From Octopus vulgaris (Eukaryota), in contig OX597816.1 of the NCBI GenBank assembly GCA_951406725.2, forward strand, positions 121,582,001 to 121,646,000: 64,000 bases of DNA, written 5' to 3'. Of the stretch, positions 40,811 through 53,818 are shown piece by piece. Numbering within the stretch: position 1 is the first letter of the stretch; each line of letters opens with the position of its first letter. A program made the position numbers and the translations under genes. The notes beneath the pieces are model-generated. The model ran no database searches. It saw nothing but the letters and a program-made list of their open reading frames with translations, and was not told where the DNA came from.

Positions 40811-41923
40811 ATCTGATTACTTTACAACCCTAGTGCTCAACTGGTACTTTTTTTATCGACCTCAAAATGATGAAAGGCGAAGTTGACTGCGGGCATCTAG
40901 TCCACACAGTATAAAGGTATGATATAATGTACATGTGGTAGATGTAGACAGTATAAAGAGAAAGTGTAGCGAAAATAGCTGTACTGCTAAATGGGGTAGC
41001 AAGTATTGTGAAGGCCGAGTAGAAAAAGTGGGTGAAAAGATTGGCAAAGTAAAGAACATTATGATGGAAGACGAAAAAAGTGGGAGATAAATTGTAGTCA
41101 GAGTATAAAAGGAACAAAAGTCAATAAGGAATAGACTGACAAATGATTGGAAATGCATGAACACGATCAAACAGCTGTCTTGACAAGCAGTTGTTCTAGC
41201 AATGTCACAGGCTAGCAGTTGCTAATGGTGCTTTCACTGTGCAATGTGTATTTTCTTGAAACACTGGCAGTTAGTATGTTTTTTAATCAATATTTTTTAA
41301 TATTAAAATAAAAACTTTTTCATTTAAAAAAAAGAACCCATTTAGAGTAACGTTTATCGCCACTTAAACATGACTCTTCCGTAGGAACCAATGTTACTGC
41401 TGTTTTTAACCCCAGGAGGATGCCTCCTCCAGCTGGTTATTCGATGCAATCTGCACCTGATATATATTGCAAGCAAGGGAGTGAATCCTTACCATCTTCC
41501 AGCCACGAAACCAACAGGCCTTATGGTTTCGACCTCTTTGTGGTCATCCTCGGTGGTGGATACTCGTCAGCTAGAAATAGCAGTAGTCCACTCCTGCTCG
41601 CAATATACAATATATCTTATATACAATCTATCTTGCAACAAGCAAATTAGCTTTCTACGAATAGTTCACAACCAATTGATTTTGACAGTCTGGTTAGATG
41701 ATTTGTTCAGTTCATTGTTAGTGAACCCGTCAGTTCAAAAGTTAGCGAAGTACAATTTCAAGATGGAACTAAAAATTAAAAACAGAAACGTAGCATAATC
41801 TAAATCACTTCCTAAACCTGTAAAGTTGAGACAGTAAGAGACAACAAACAACGGCCTCGTTTCAATTTTGACCAGTAGTTCTCAACTGCGGCCCATATGA
41901 CCCATGGGGTCCATGTAAGTCTT

Positions 41924-41955
<32 letters not shown>

Positions 41956-42054
41956 CATACATACATACATACATACATACATACATACATACATACATAC
42001 ATGCATGTATGCATATATACACATACGTATATATGTTTGCATGTATCTTTCACC

Positions 42055-42237
42055 TTTTACTCGTTTCAGTTATTGGACGGTAGCCATGCTGGAGCGCCAC
42101 TTTTTTAGTCGAATGAATCACTCCCAGGGCTAATTTGTTTAAAGCCTGGTACCTATTCTATCGGCCTCCTTTACCAAACCGCTAAGTTATAGATACGGAA
42201 AGAAACTAGCACCGGTTATCAAACAGTGATGGTGGAC

Positions 42238-42282
<45 letters not shown>

Positions 42283-42288
42283 TACGCA

Positions 42289-42362
<74 letters not shown>

Positions 42363-42507
42363 CGACGAGCTACCGGATCCACTCACAAACTTCTGGTCGG
42401 CGTGGGGCTGTAGAAGAAGACACTTGCCCAAGGTACCACACAGTGGGATTGAACCCAGAACAGTATATTTCGGAAACCAAAATCGTTACCACACAGCCAT
42501 TCCTGCA
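42055..42507 (-). mobile_element. Composite SINE with internal (CA)n
   Basis: Reverse-complement homolog of 28121-28555. Confidence 0.75.
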
Positions 42508-42876
42508 TATACATACATACATACATACATACATACATACATACATACATACATACATACATACATACACACACATACAAGTATGTTTGTATGTGTAAAT
42601 GCATATGTGCGTTTTGTGAGGTTATGCACATTCTTGATCATAGCTTTTAAGTGCACACGTGCTTCCATAATACCATATCAATTTTAATAAGCAGATGTTT
42701 GTTTATTGGTGTGTCTGGGTGTATATGAGTGTGTACGTGCTTGTATGTATACTTGTTGGTGCGTGTGTATATGCGTTGAGCTTCTTTTATATTATGCGTA
42801 TATAAACCGATCCCTGCATAGGTATGCCTTTGTGTTTACTAGTACATGATTTCTTACAGACGACATACATATGTGC

Positions 42877-42933
<57 letters not shown>

Positions 42934-43802
42934 GTATGTCTATGAGTCACTGTATGTGTGTGCATGTGTCCCCATATTTATGTATGCATGCATTTGTGCA
43001 CAGATATGTATATACAAACGCATACATGCATACATACATGCATGTGTTTGTATAACTGTATAATGTTTCTCTGAATGTAGTTTAATAAGTGTAAAGTTAG
43101 CTATTCATATAAGAAAATAATTGCTTGTTCTTTATGAGCGAGTTAGTTGTGTGTGTATGTGTGTATGTGCATGTGCATGTGCGTATGTGTAATATTGCTT
43201 GTCTGTCAACTTCTGTGTAGGCACGCGTATGTTTTCACGCGCGTGCACACGTCTTTTTATTTCTTTTCTTTTTTCTCTTTCTTCTTCTTTCCTTAGAAAT
43301 ATAGCTTTGTAATTGCATCTGATTCCACCACCACACCCGTTGAAACTTTTCTTCCCCTACCTCTACCGAAAAATAACATTCTTTCTTTTATGCCATTTTA
43401 GTATATATTTCTACTTTTCAATTATTTTCACATCTTCTCTTGGAAAAATTCAATTTTCAGCTTATATTATTTATTTGCTTATTCTAAATCGCAGTTTCGT
43501 ATTCCCAGTCGAAGTCATATTATTATCTAGAATTTGTGATTCAAAACTGATGGAAAAATACCCCCTGTGGAAAATTTCCGTATTCCTTGGGGGAAAACTT
43601 GGTGATTCCAGTGGGGAAATTGTTTCTAGGTTGAAATTTCATTTTTCTTTTTTAATCAGCGTCCGCTCTATGTTTGCAAGATTTATTTTCCTTAATGTTG
43701 ATTTTAGACATGTTTATGTCTAATATAAGTTTGTTCATATTATGCAATAAATTGGACTGTATACAAGGTTATATATTTTTTCCTACATACATACGTACAC
43801 GC

Positions 43803-43914
<112 letters not shown>

Positions 43915-44997
43915 TATATACATATACATATATATATGTGTATGTATGTATGTATGATTAAAAATTCCTAGTTTACAATATATGGTTTCAAATTTTATTT
44001 TATATTATTTTATTTTATTTTATTTTATTTTTACCTGAATTTTTGTCGATATTTTCAGGACAGGGCGGAGTTTACTAATTCTTTCTTTCACTATTTGTTC
44101 GGTTTCTTCAACAACTTTCATACTTCTTATTCATTCACTTTTAATATTTAATTCCATGTGCATAATACATACACACGTACATACATACATACATACATAC
44201 ATACATACATACATACATACATACATACATACATACATTTGTTTTTTAAGTCTTTCTTCGATTTAATTGCTATTCTACCCATTTTCTTTTCTTTCTTTTA
44301 TTTTCTCTTACTCAATTTCTAAATATTTATATTCAATTTCTTTTTCTTTTTCTCAATTCCTCATCAAAAAAATTTCACTTTTCTCACATATATTTATTTG
44401 TTTATTCTTTACCACAGTTTCGTATTTCTAGTTGACGTAAGCATTTATTTCAATATATTTGATTTTTTTCCCCTCTCCTTCAAGTTAGTTTATTTTATTT
44501 TATTTTATTTTACCTGAAATTTTGTTTGTCAACTTTAAAGAGAAGGCGGAGTCAGCTGGTTCTTTTCTTTAGAATTCCAGAACCAAATATCTGACACAGC
44601 TTTGCATTTAATTTCAGCAGATACCATTATCAGTGCCAGATGTTTCCTCCAGGGAGTTCAACAGAGAAGGGCCACATAGCTCACAATTTCCTTCATCAGA
44701 ACCTACTAACTTATACTAGATCTGCTTGATTTTACTCAGTTGACTTGTAAATTTAAGATTTTATGTTTTCCTTTTCTGTTTGCTTTCGTGCCACACCTAC
44801 CTTTTTTTTTTTATTTATTGCTTTATTTTTTTTATATTTTGTTATTTGTTTTATTTTAGGGAGGGGTTTTCTTTTACGAAAACCACTACCATGACTTCGG
44901 GTTCACCATCATCATTAGCCTCGTCGTTAATACTGGCATCACAGTCGTCATCTTCTTTTCTGCTCCTGCTCCTGCTCCTCCTCTTCGTTTTCAAGAT

Positions 44998-45050
44998 TAT
45001 CATCATCATCGGCATCATCATCATCATCGTCGTCTTCATATGTATCATCA

Positions 45051-45082
<32 letters not shown>

Positions 45083-45086
45083 ATCA

Positions 45087-45121
<35 letters not shown>

Positions 45122-45363
45122 ATCGTCATCATCATCGTCGTCGCCGTCATTGTCGTTGTCGTCGTCGTCGTCATCATCATCATCAACATTCTCCTCACCG
45201 TCACCATTATCGAGTCATCGTCATCATCATCTTCATCATCATCATCATCATAATCGCAATCATCATCGTCTTCACATATATCATCGTCGTCGTCGTCATC
45301 GTCATCATCAACATCATCGTCGTCGTCGCCGCCGTCATCGTCGTTGTCGTCGTCGTCATCATC
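44998..45363. repeat. Degenerate (CAT/CGT)n trinucleotide array
   Basis: Direct reading. Explains the poly-I/V/H/M ORFs. Confidence 0.9.
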
Positions 45364-45661
45364 AGTTATTATTTTTTCGTTGGCAAGTCACTGTCTAATC
45401 CAAAGATAAGAGTTTCTTCTCTTTTAGGATTAAGTTATTTTCAGAATATTTTCCCATTACGTACCGTTTTTGGTATTTATACCCTGAAAACCCCTAACAT
45501 TTCAACAACCACATGTCCCATTTACGCGAAACTTGTTTTATTCCGTTCGTATTCACATTTCAGGGAAAACTTAATTCAGAGTATTTTCCCATTATGCGCC
45601 AGTTTGGCTGGGTAACATTGCAAGCAAGCAAGCAAGATTCAAGCTCACTTTTAATGTATTA

Positions 45662-45710
<49 letters not shown>

Positions 45711-45743
45711 GCGCGCGCAAACACACGCACATATATATTTATT

Positions 45744-46582
45744 CACAGAGTATCCGAGCTAAATTTAACCGTTTGCATAAAACGAATAGAAAACACAATG
45801 CCCCAGCCGAAAGTAAAAGTATTTTAAAAAAGCAAAAAATATCAATTAGATTATAGCAGAGAGATAACAGTTTACTCAAAGTAGCCGCCCTCAGCTTCTC
45901 TCATGGCCTCAAGAAGGCTCTGGAATCTGACGAATGCCTTCTTCCCTATGACTCTGGAAAGGTCTTCGAACGCCTCTTTGATCTTGGTCACCACTTCGAC
46001 CTTGGTATTGCAAGGAAAGCGAATAATGTCATTCCAAACCGTGTCCTATGGGATTCCAATCGGGAGGATTAGGAAGCTAGAAATTTGGATTGAAGTCATA
46101 GAAATCCTCCAACAACCACTTCTGGCTCTTTCTCGAGGTATAGCAAGGAGCCGAATCGTGTTGCCACACATATGTCCTTCCAGCAGCAACCCTCTCCAGC
46201 TATAGGAACTGATCACAATCTCCAACAGCTTCACATAGCCATCTGAATCGATACTAAGGCTCTGTTCAAAGATATGAGGAGGTATGACGTCACTCTCACT
46301 AGAGACACGCAAAGTTTGGGGGAACTTGCTTTTGTCCATGTCACAGTGTTGATAGAGCCCCGAGCAGCAGTCATGATATCGGCATTTTGATACCCTGCAC
46401 GAATCATCATGATATTGGTAACTCTTTTCCAATATTCAGATGGTTTCCAGCCCTTCGTGTCAGCTAACTTATTCTCAACTACAACTTTAATCTTTATGCC
46501 CTCCAACACCGTTGACTGTTCACCAATACATCAAATTGCTGAAAAAAAAGAGACATAAAATTCATCAAATTTAGCCCCCTGT

Positions 46583-46584
<2 letters not shown>
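45744..46584 (-). mobile_element. Internally deleted Tc1/mariner element
   Basis: Degenerate TIRs containing GCTAAATTT at both ends. The minus strand has PNPPDWNPIG (~WPPNSPDLNP) and VSSESDVIPPHIF. Confidence 0.7.
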
Positions 46585-46631
<47 letters not shown>

Positions 46632-47193
46632 CACAAACACACATACACACACACACGCGCACGGACCAATAATAAACAATATTAGTGTTAAAATATAAAA
46701 TTCAAATGAAGTAGAGAATAATATAAGTTAAATGGATAAGTCACACCTTATATCTTGTGGTTACCTTTTGAAAGATATTTATTTGTTTATTTATTTATTA
46801 CGTAGACCCTCACTGTTTTTTTTTTACTAGTTCCCTTCTTTTTTTTTCTTCGCCCTTTCGGTAAAATTTCTACGTACAAAAGCAATGATCAGCAGCGTTT
46901 GAACAAGCTAATGTCTTATCTTGTCTTATCGTACAACATTCTCTACCGGATTACGTCATAGTGATATCATTTGCTTCAGTGAGGGCGAACGTGAAACAGG
47001 TGTTTGCTGATCCAGTCACCACCTTAGTAAAATGTACTAACAAGGTAAAGGATTTCGGTTTTACCTGCAGGCTTCAAACTACAGGTTTTAAACGTGGACA
47101 TCAGTTGTATTGCTCTCACCATTTGGTGAGGTTTGGACTGGAAAAAAAAACACATGCTCTGTTTCTTCCCTGACTAATTGATAAAGTATCTTC

Positions 47194-47228
<35 letters not shown>

Positions 47229-48044
47229 GAATATCTGCGAATGTTTCGTCGGCGAAATGGAAGAGTAGTAATTGTTATTGTGATAATGTATACATAGCTG
47301 GATGTGGGTGAAGTTACTGTACATCATGTATGACGCCCAGCAAAGAGTAGGTATATGCCACAAAAAGTATTACGTATGACAACAGAAAGGATCTACGCAA
47401 TAGAAAAATTGATGGGTGAGGTATATGCTCCCTTTCTGTTGGAGCTCTTCTGTCTCACCCACCTGTAATAGAAAAGGAAGAGAGAAAAAGCTGGTGACAG
47501 AGACGATGACGTCTTGTGGAAATAGAACACAATGTGGATAAGTAGGATACATTTCAAAAGATGTGACATGACGGGAAAGAGACTCAAGATACAAAGAATT
47601 TGGACCAACGTTAAAGTTAAGGAGGAAAATTAAAAAATAACAAAACACAACATAAAGAAGTGAGGCTTAATATAAAGCGACGAGCTGGTAGAATCGCCAT
47701 CGCGCGGTCAAATTGCTTAGCAGCATTTCTTCAAGTTCTATGTTCTGCTTTCAAATGTTGCCAGGTCAGATTTACTTTTCATTCTTTCGGGATCAATAAA
47801 GTAAGTACCAGTTGAGTACCATGGTTGATGTAATCGACTATCCCTTCCTCACAAAACTTCAGGCCTTGTACCTATAATAGAAAGAATATAAAGGTGAAAT
47901 TTAGACTGGATATAGAAATGAAAAAAATGAATGTGACAAAGAGACAAGAAACAACTCAAATGGGTGAGACAGAAGACAAAAAGAGCTAGAATACAAAAAC
48001 AAAATAGTCAAACATAACACGATGACAATTAGGTAAGACATATA

Positions 48045-50961
48045 CAGGGTACGTAAGGTATTCGAGGACATACATTTTGGGGGTTATTATTGCATTTTTT
48101 GCTCTCTCTGTATAATCTTTGTTTCGGAAAATAACGATAGCAGACCCTCAGATTACTCGAGAAATGAAGTGAGGCTGAACATAGCGATTTAGAAATATTT
48201 CGATTTTTAAAAGTTGCCAGATCTTTCGTCTACAAAGTTTGTGAGGAGTTAGAGATTGAAGAAGGAAACGTATCGCCAGTATCAAAGCATAAAAAGCATT
48301 CTAAACGCTCTGAAGTAGTCAGAACACCTGAATTTATCTAGCAAGTTTAACAGACCATTAATTACAATCCCAGAAATTCCACGAGGTCAATTGCAAAAGA
48401 TCTACATGTGTCAGAAGGTACAGTCAGAAATGTCCACGAAGACATGAAATATATATCATATATGATGAAGAAAGGTCAATTTATCAGAAAAATGAAAATC
48501 ACTACATCAGATCTAAAAGGCTCTGAGACAAACTGAAAAATCCAGCAGATTTGATTTGGTTTTTTCTCAAACGAGAAAAACTTCGACCAAGATCAAAAAC
48601 TTACCAGAAGAAATGACAGATGTTAATGTGCAGACCCTTCTGAAATTCCAAGTGTTATACATACAAAATTTCCTGCAACTGTAATGGTTTTAGGGGTTGT
48701 CAGCAATGAAGGGCATGTGATGGCTCCTTACTTCTTTTCACAAGGCCTTACAGTTAACTCTGACGCCTACATTGAGGTCCTGGAAATGATTGTTAAGCTC
48801 TGGATAGACAGTGTATGCAATGGAAGTGTTTCAGTAAGACACATTACACATGGCTCTAGTAACACAGGAATGAATGGTTGAAAATATTTTCATGATCATA
48901 TAACCCCTAACATTTGACCTCCTAATTCTCCAGATCTCAATCCATTGGACTATTACATGTGGAGCGTTGTTGAGAGAAAGGTCAATGAACACGCCCATAA
49001 CACCAAAGATTCTTTGAAAGCTGCCATAGTCAGAGTAATATCCTAAATGAAACAGAACCACTTGATTCGAGCACGTAGTTGATTTAGATCTCATATAGAA
49101 GCAGTTGTTGAAGCTAAAGGTGGGTTTATTGAATAACATTATAGAAAAGAAAGTTTATTTTCATCCTCATAGCATTTTTTGATAAAGTTATTATTCGTTA
49201 TCTGTATATATAAAAGTGAAGTTGTGTGAGTGTCTGTCTCCTACGATTTAGATTCCTAACTACTCCCACATTTTGCGGTCCAGTTTCACCAAATTCGGGT
49301 ATCTTATAGTCGTGATTCATATCAAGCCAGTCTGGGTATTAGCGCGCGTCCTCGATGAGTCTACGATTTTAAAAAATAATTTACCATAATTTTTTTCCAT
49401 TTTAACGCATATTTTTTAAATAAAGGGAAGGCGGCGGAGTTGGCGTCCATGCTCACACCTGCACCTGTGTTGCTTCTCCCCCTTCTTCCCTCCCTCGTGA
49501 AGCTGTGGGGAAGGAAGTGTAAGGAAATCAACGTCGTAAAGCGTTGTCAAGGAGACCAGCGTTCTTTTAGAACAACGACTTCATGACTTGAAGACACCAA
49601 AACAGAAATGGCTAAGAAAGCCCAAAAGCAAATTCTACAAAATCGGGAAACACGCCACACAGGGAAGGTTTCCCGTGCAAATAATTTGCACCACCGAATG
49701 TTATAGTTGTTGCACAACTTTTACTTAAAAAATATTATCCAAACACAAACTTTTGAAGGCAATATTGTATGGCGATGGTACTTGTGAAATATGGTAATGG
49801 ATTTAGTAGCCAAAAGGAGAGAGCAGAGGCATAGTATGGTGGTGGTGGAGGCGGTGGTAGTGGCAGCGGTGGTGCTGGTAGTGGTGATGGTGGTCGTAGT
49901 CGTGGTGGTCGTCGTGTTTGTGGTGGTGGTGGTGGTGGTGGTGGTGTTGTTGTTGGTGGTGGTCGTGGTGGTGGGGGGTGATGATGGTGGTCGTGGTGGT
50001 CGTGGTGATGATGGTGGTGGTGGTGGTGGTCGTGGTAGTCTTCGTGATGGTTGTGGTGATGGTCATGGGCGTAGTGGTGGTGGTGGTGGTCATGGTGGTA
50101 GTGGTGATGGTGTTGGTCGTGGTGGCGGTGGTGGTGGTGGTGGCTGAAGCTGTCGTCTGGGTTCTTCCAATTTTTTCGTGTGTCGGTGGCGGCGTTGGCG
50201 TTCATGCTCGCACCTGCACCTGTGTAGCTCCTCTCCTTCTTCCCTCCCTGGTGAAGCTGTGGGGAAGGCAGGGTAGGGAAATCAACGCCGTAAAGCGTTG
50301 TCAAGGAGACCAGCGTTCTTTTAGAACAACGACTTCATGGCTTGAAGTCGCCAAAACAGAAATCGCTAAAAAAGCTGAAACAGATCCACAAAAACGGCAA
50401 AAACCGCCACACAGGGCAGATTTCCTGTGCAAACAATTTGCACAACCGAATGTTTTAGTTGTTGCACAAATCTTTATATATAAACTTTTGATAAAGTTAT
50501 TATTCGTTATCTGTATATATAAAAGTGAAGTTGTGTGAGTGTCTGTTTCCTACGATTTAGATTCCTAACTACTCCCACATTTTGCGGTGCAGTTTAACCA
50601 AAACCGGGTATCTTATAGTCGTGATTCATATCGAGCCCTTCTGGGTATTAGCGCGCGTCTACGATGAGTCTACGATTTTAAAAAAAATTTACCATAATTT
50701 TTTCCATTTTCATGCATTTTTTCGCTATTATATAAGGGAAGTAACTCTCTAAAAATGTCTACGATGAGTCAACGATTTAAAAAAAAATTACCATAATTTT
50801 TTATTCCATTTTTAATGCATTTTTTTGCTATTTTTTTGCTATAACTCTCTAAAAATGCTTATAAAGTTATTTCCCTTACAAACCCGAGCAACGCCGGGCG
50901 ATACTGCTAGTTATATATATTTTTATAAACAAATCTGTCCTCAAATATCTTACGCACCCTG
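48045..50961 (+). mobile_element. Tc1/mariner (maT-like) element, decayed, interrupted by a Helitron
   Basis: TIR CAGGGTACGTAAGGTATTCGAGGACA / TGTCCTCAAATATCTTACGCACCCTG with TA TSD. Motifs FFSNEKNF, TKFPATVMVLGVVSNEG and PPNSPDLNPLDYYMW. Confidence 0.88.
49201..50910 (+). mobile_element. Non-autonomous Helitron
   Basis: 5' TC, 3' CTAG, subterminal hairpin CCCGAGCAACGCCGGG, inserted between A and T with no TSD. Has internal duplications and a (GGT)n-rich insert. Confidence 0.88.
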
Positions 50962-51299
50962 TACACTAAAGAATGGGATACAATAAGAAGAGGTTAATCT
51001 GGATAAAATGTAACAATACGAAATGATAAAATACACAATTAAATAATGAGACATTATCAGATGGAGGTGACTCACAACTTTAAACACAAGGAGACGATAA
51101 CACATCGGAATGAGTAGAAACAATGTAATAAAAGTAAACTATATTTTTTATTATTATTTAGTCAAGAATAAAGCCTTCCATGGCCGATATGACTGATATG
51201 ATTGATGTTGTGTTTGAATGTGTAAGTAGGTGAGAACAAGAAAAATATAGGCTGGGAAGGACATTCCTGGGGCTTGACGTTCTCGGCGGATAAGGTTGA

Positions 51300-51955
51300 G
51301 TTTCTAGAGGGCTAGTTACGTGAGTTATGAAAGTAGACAGAATAAATGAATGATGCGCGGAGGGGAGATGAGTATTCTGCATGGGCTTGAGTGGATGTGT
51401 TATGCAGCTGACTAGCTCTGGGAAGCAGATAGTGTTGTTTTGTTTGTTCCTTCTCGAGCCATACCTGGCTCATAAGGGCCGGTTTCCCGGTTTCCTTGGC
51501 GTATAGGTTCCCCACCTGGACGGGACGCCGGTCCGTCGCAGGTGAGCTGCAAGATGCAGGAGGAAAGAGTGAGAGAAAGTTGTGGCGAATTAGTCAGCAG
51601 AAGTTCGCCATTACCTTCTGCCGGAGCCGCGTGGAGCTTAGGTGTTTCGCTCATAAACACACACATCGCCCGGTCTGAGATTCGAACCCGCGATCCCTCG
51701 ACCGCAAGTCCGCTGCTCTAACCACTAGGCCATGTGCCTCCACGATAGTGTTGTAGTAAGACAAAGTCAGAGTGAGGATATAGCGTTTCTTCGGGATATA
51801 GTGTGTTGGTGTGTTGTGAATGTCTGAACTGCGTGGTGAATGTCTACTTAACAACCAATCAAGTTGCCTTCTTTTGGGTGTGGTTTAGGAGGCTCGTATG
51901 TGTAACTGCAGAACTATCCCAGATGTTGAAGTAATACTTCAATGTGGATCATATT
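51300..51955 (-). pseudogene. Decayed L2/CR1-group LINE C-terminal fragment split by a SINE
   Basis: STLKYYFNIWDSSAVTHTSLLNHTQKKAT (~RP.LEY....W.......L..VQKRA) and YLLPRASQLHN (~FLPR...LWN). Confidence 0.5.
51439..51743 (-). mobile_element. tRNA-derived SINE with 11-bp TSD
   Basis: TSD gatagtgttgt at 51428-51438 and 51744-51754. B box GGGTTCGAATC. Confidence 0.9.
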
Positions 51956-53168
51956 ATTTTGACCCAACAAGATATTACAAGAAAGGAGGTAATGATATAA
52001 TTGGTGACAACGCCGAGAGTTCCAGTTGATCCAATCAGTGGAACAGCCTGCTCTCGAAAGTAACGTGCAAATAGCTAAGCACATATGCATACCCTTAATG
52101 TAGTTCTCAAGGAGATAAAGCGTGACACAGAGTGTGACAAGGCTGGCCCTTTGAAATACAAATGCAACTCATTTTCGCCAGCTGAGTTGACTGGAGTAAC
52201 GTGTAATAAAGGGTCTTGCTCAAGGACACAAAGCACCGCCAGGTATCGAACTCACGATCTTATGTTCGTGATGAAATACGACACATCATAAGGAGGATAC
52301 ATTGTATAAACGACTGGAGCTCTGTATAAAAAAGAAGATGGAAATGATAGTGTAATGGAGACACATTAACTGACGAATTAGGTTGTGCAGTGAAATATGA
52401 CTCAGACAAATGAAATGCGGATATCCTTTGGGTGGAATTGAGATACATCCCAGTTGAGTGAAGCATCAGAGAAATCGGTGAATTCTGGCTGCAATGCATT
52501 AGCAGAATTGATGGCAAGTTGGCAGAGTCGTCAGGGCGTCGGACAGAATGCTTCACGCTATTTCTTCTGACTCTTTTCGCTTTGAGTTCAAATCCTGTCG
52601 AGGTCAGCTTCGACCTTCAATCTTTCGGGGTCTATAAATATATCAATCCAAGGCGGTAGATTGGCGGGACTGTAAGAATATCGTCCTGGATTCTTTGTGG
52701 TATTTGTTCGGTTCTTTGCGTTCTGAGTTCAAATTGCGTTATGACCAGCTTGGATAGAAGACGCCCCCCCCCCCCCCATCTATCACACGGTTTAACACCA
52801 CCACCTGCAACATTGGGTCCCTTTAGGGGAGTCAACTCTATTGTAAACATTCGGGCAAGGTTTTCGGTTTGGAGAAACCGAATGAGGTATGGATACGGAT
52901 ATCCCCTCAGACAAAAGCATAAAAAATACTAAAGATGAAAAAAGACTAAAACATATAAGATCAAAGTGAATACATACATACATACACACACAGGCGCAGG
53001 AATGGTTATGTGGTTCAGATGTTTGCTTTACAACCATGTAGTTTCGTGTGTAGTCCTACTGCGTGGTATCTTGCATACGTGTCTTCCATACAGTCCCGGG
53101 TGAACCAATGCCTTGTGAGTGAATTTGATTGACGGAACATGTAAGGCAGTCTGTCTTGCATGTATATA

Positions 53169-53243
<75 letters not shown>

Positions 53244-53488
53244 ATACATACATACATACATACATACATACATACATACATACATACATACATGCACACA
53301 TACACACACACTCACACACATACGCACATACACACGTAAATAGCGAACAATGAGAATGAGTGCTCAACACCGCATCGATGGATAAAGATTCTCTATTTGT
53401 AGATTGAGGCTACCATTGGTTTCATATTAAGGAATCCCGAAACAATTATCTATCCTATCACATGGAGCATCGGTGTTCGTCTGTATTT

Positions 53489-53536
<48 letters not shown>

Positions 53537-53537
<1 letters not shown>

Positions 53538-53690
53538 TTTATTTAAAGTAGCAGAAAATTCAACAAAACCTGTTACTCGGAGTTTCCCGTTGCCGTTCAT
53601 CGGACAGTTTTTGCTAAAACTGTCCGATGAACGGCAACGGGAAACTCAGAGTAACAGGTTTTGTTGAATTTTCTGCTGCTTTAAATAAAG
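53537..53690. repeat. Near-perfect 154-bp palindrome (75-bp arms, 4-nt loop), PLE terminus in (TA)n
   Basis: Arms 53537-53611 / 53616-53690 with two substitutions. Confidence 0.92.
53620..53657 (+). ncRNA. Minimal type I hammerhead-like motif (mirror copy on the minus strand, 53570-53607)
   Basis: CTGT-CCGATGA-ACGGCAACGG-GAA-ACTCAGAGT-A-ACAG: stem I CTGT/ACAG, palindromic stem III and a GUA site. The core has a U4C change. Confidence 0.6.
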
Positions 53691-53759
53691 CATATTACTC
53701 TACCACTGGTATTTGAGTACTCTTTTTTCCACCTTGTTTCACATTTATGTGTTTACTCC

Positions 53760-53814
<55 letters not shown>

Positions 53815-53818
<4 letters not shown>

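Noticed and set aside
44615-44706. Minus-strand GSDEGNC resembling an LDL-receptor class A repeat end
   Set aside because: In-frame stop just upstream, no polypyrimidine acceptor and no other LDLa cysteines.
44780-45615. Hydrophobic or His/Arg-rich ORFs resembling membrane or metal-binding proteins
   Set aside because: Products of the degenerate (CAT/CGT)n array.
49735-50538. His/Pro-rich and Val/Gly-rich ORFs
   Set aside because: (GGT)n low complexity inside a Helitron.
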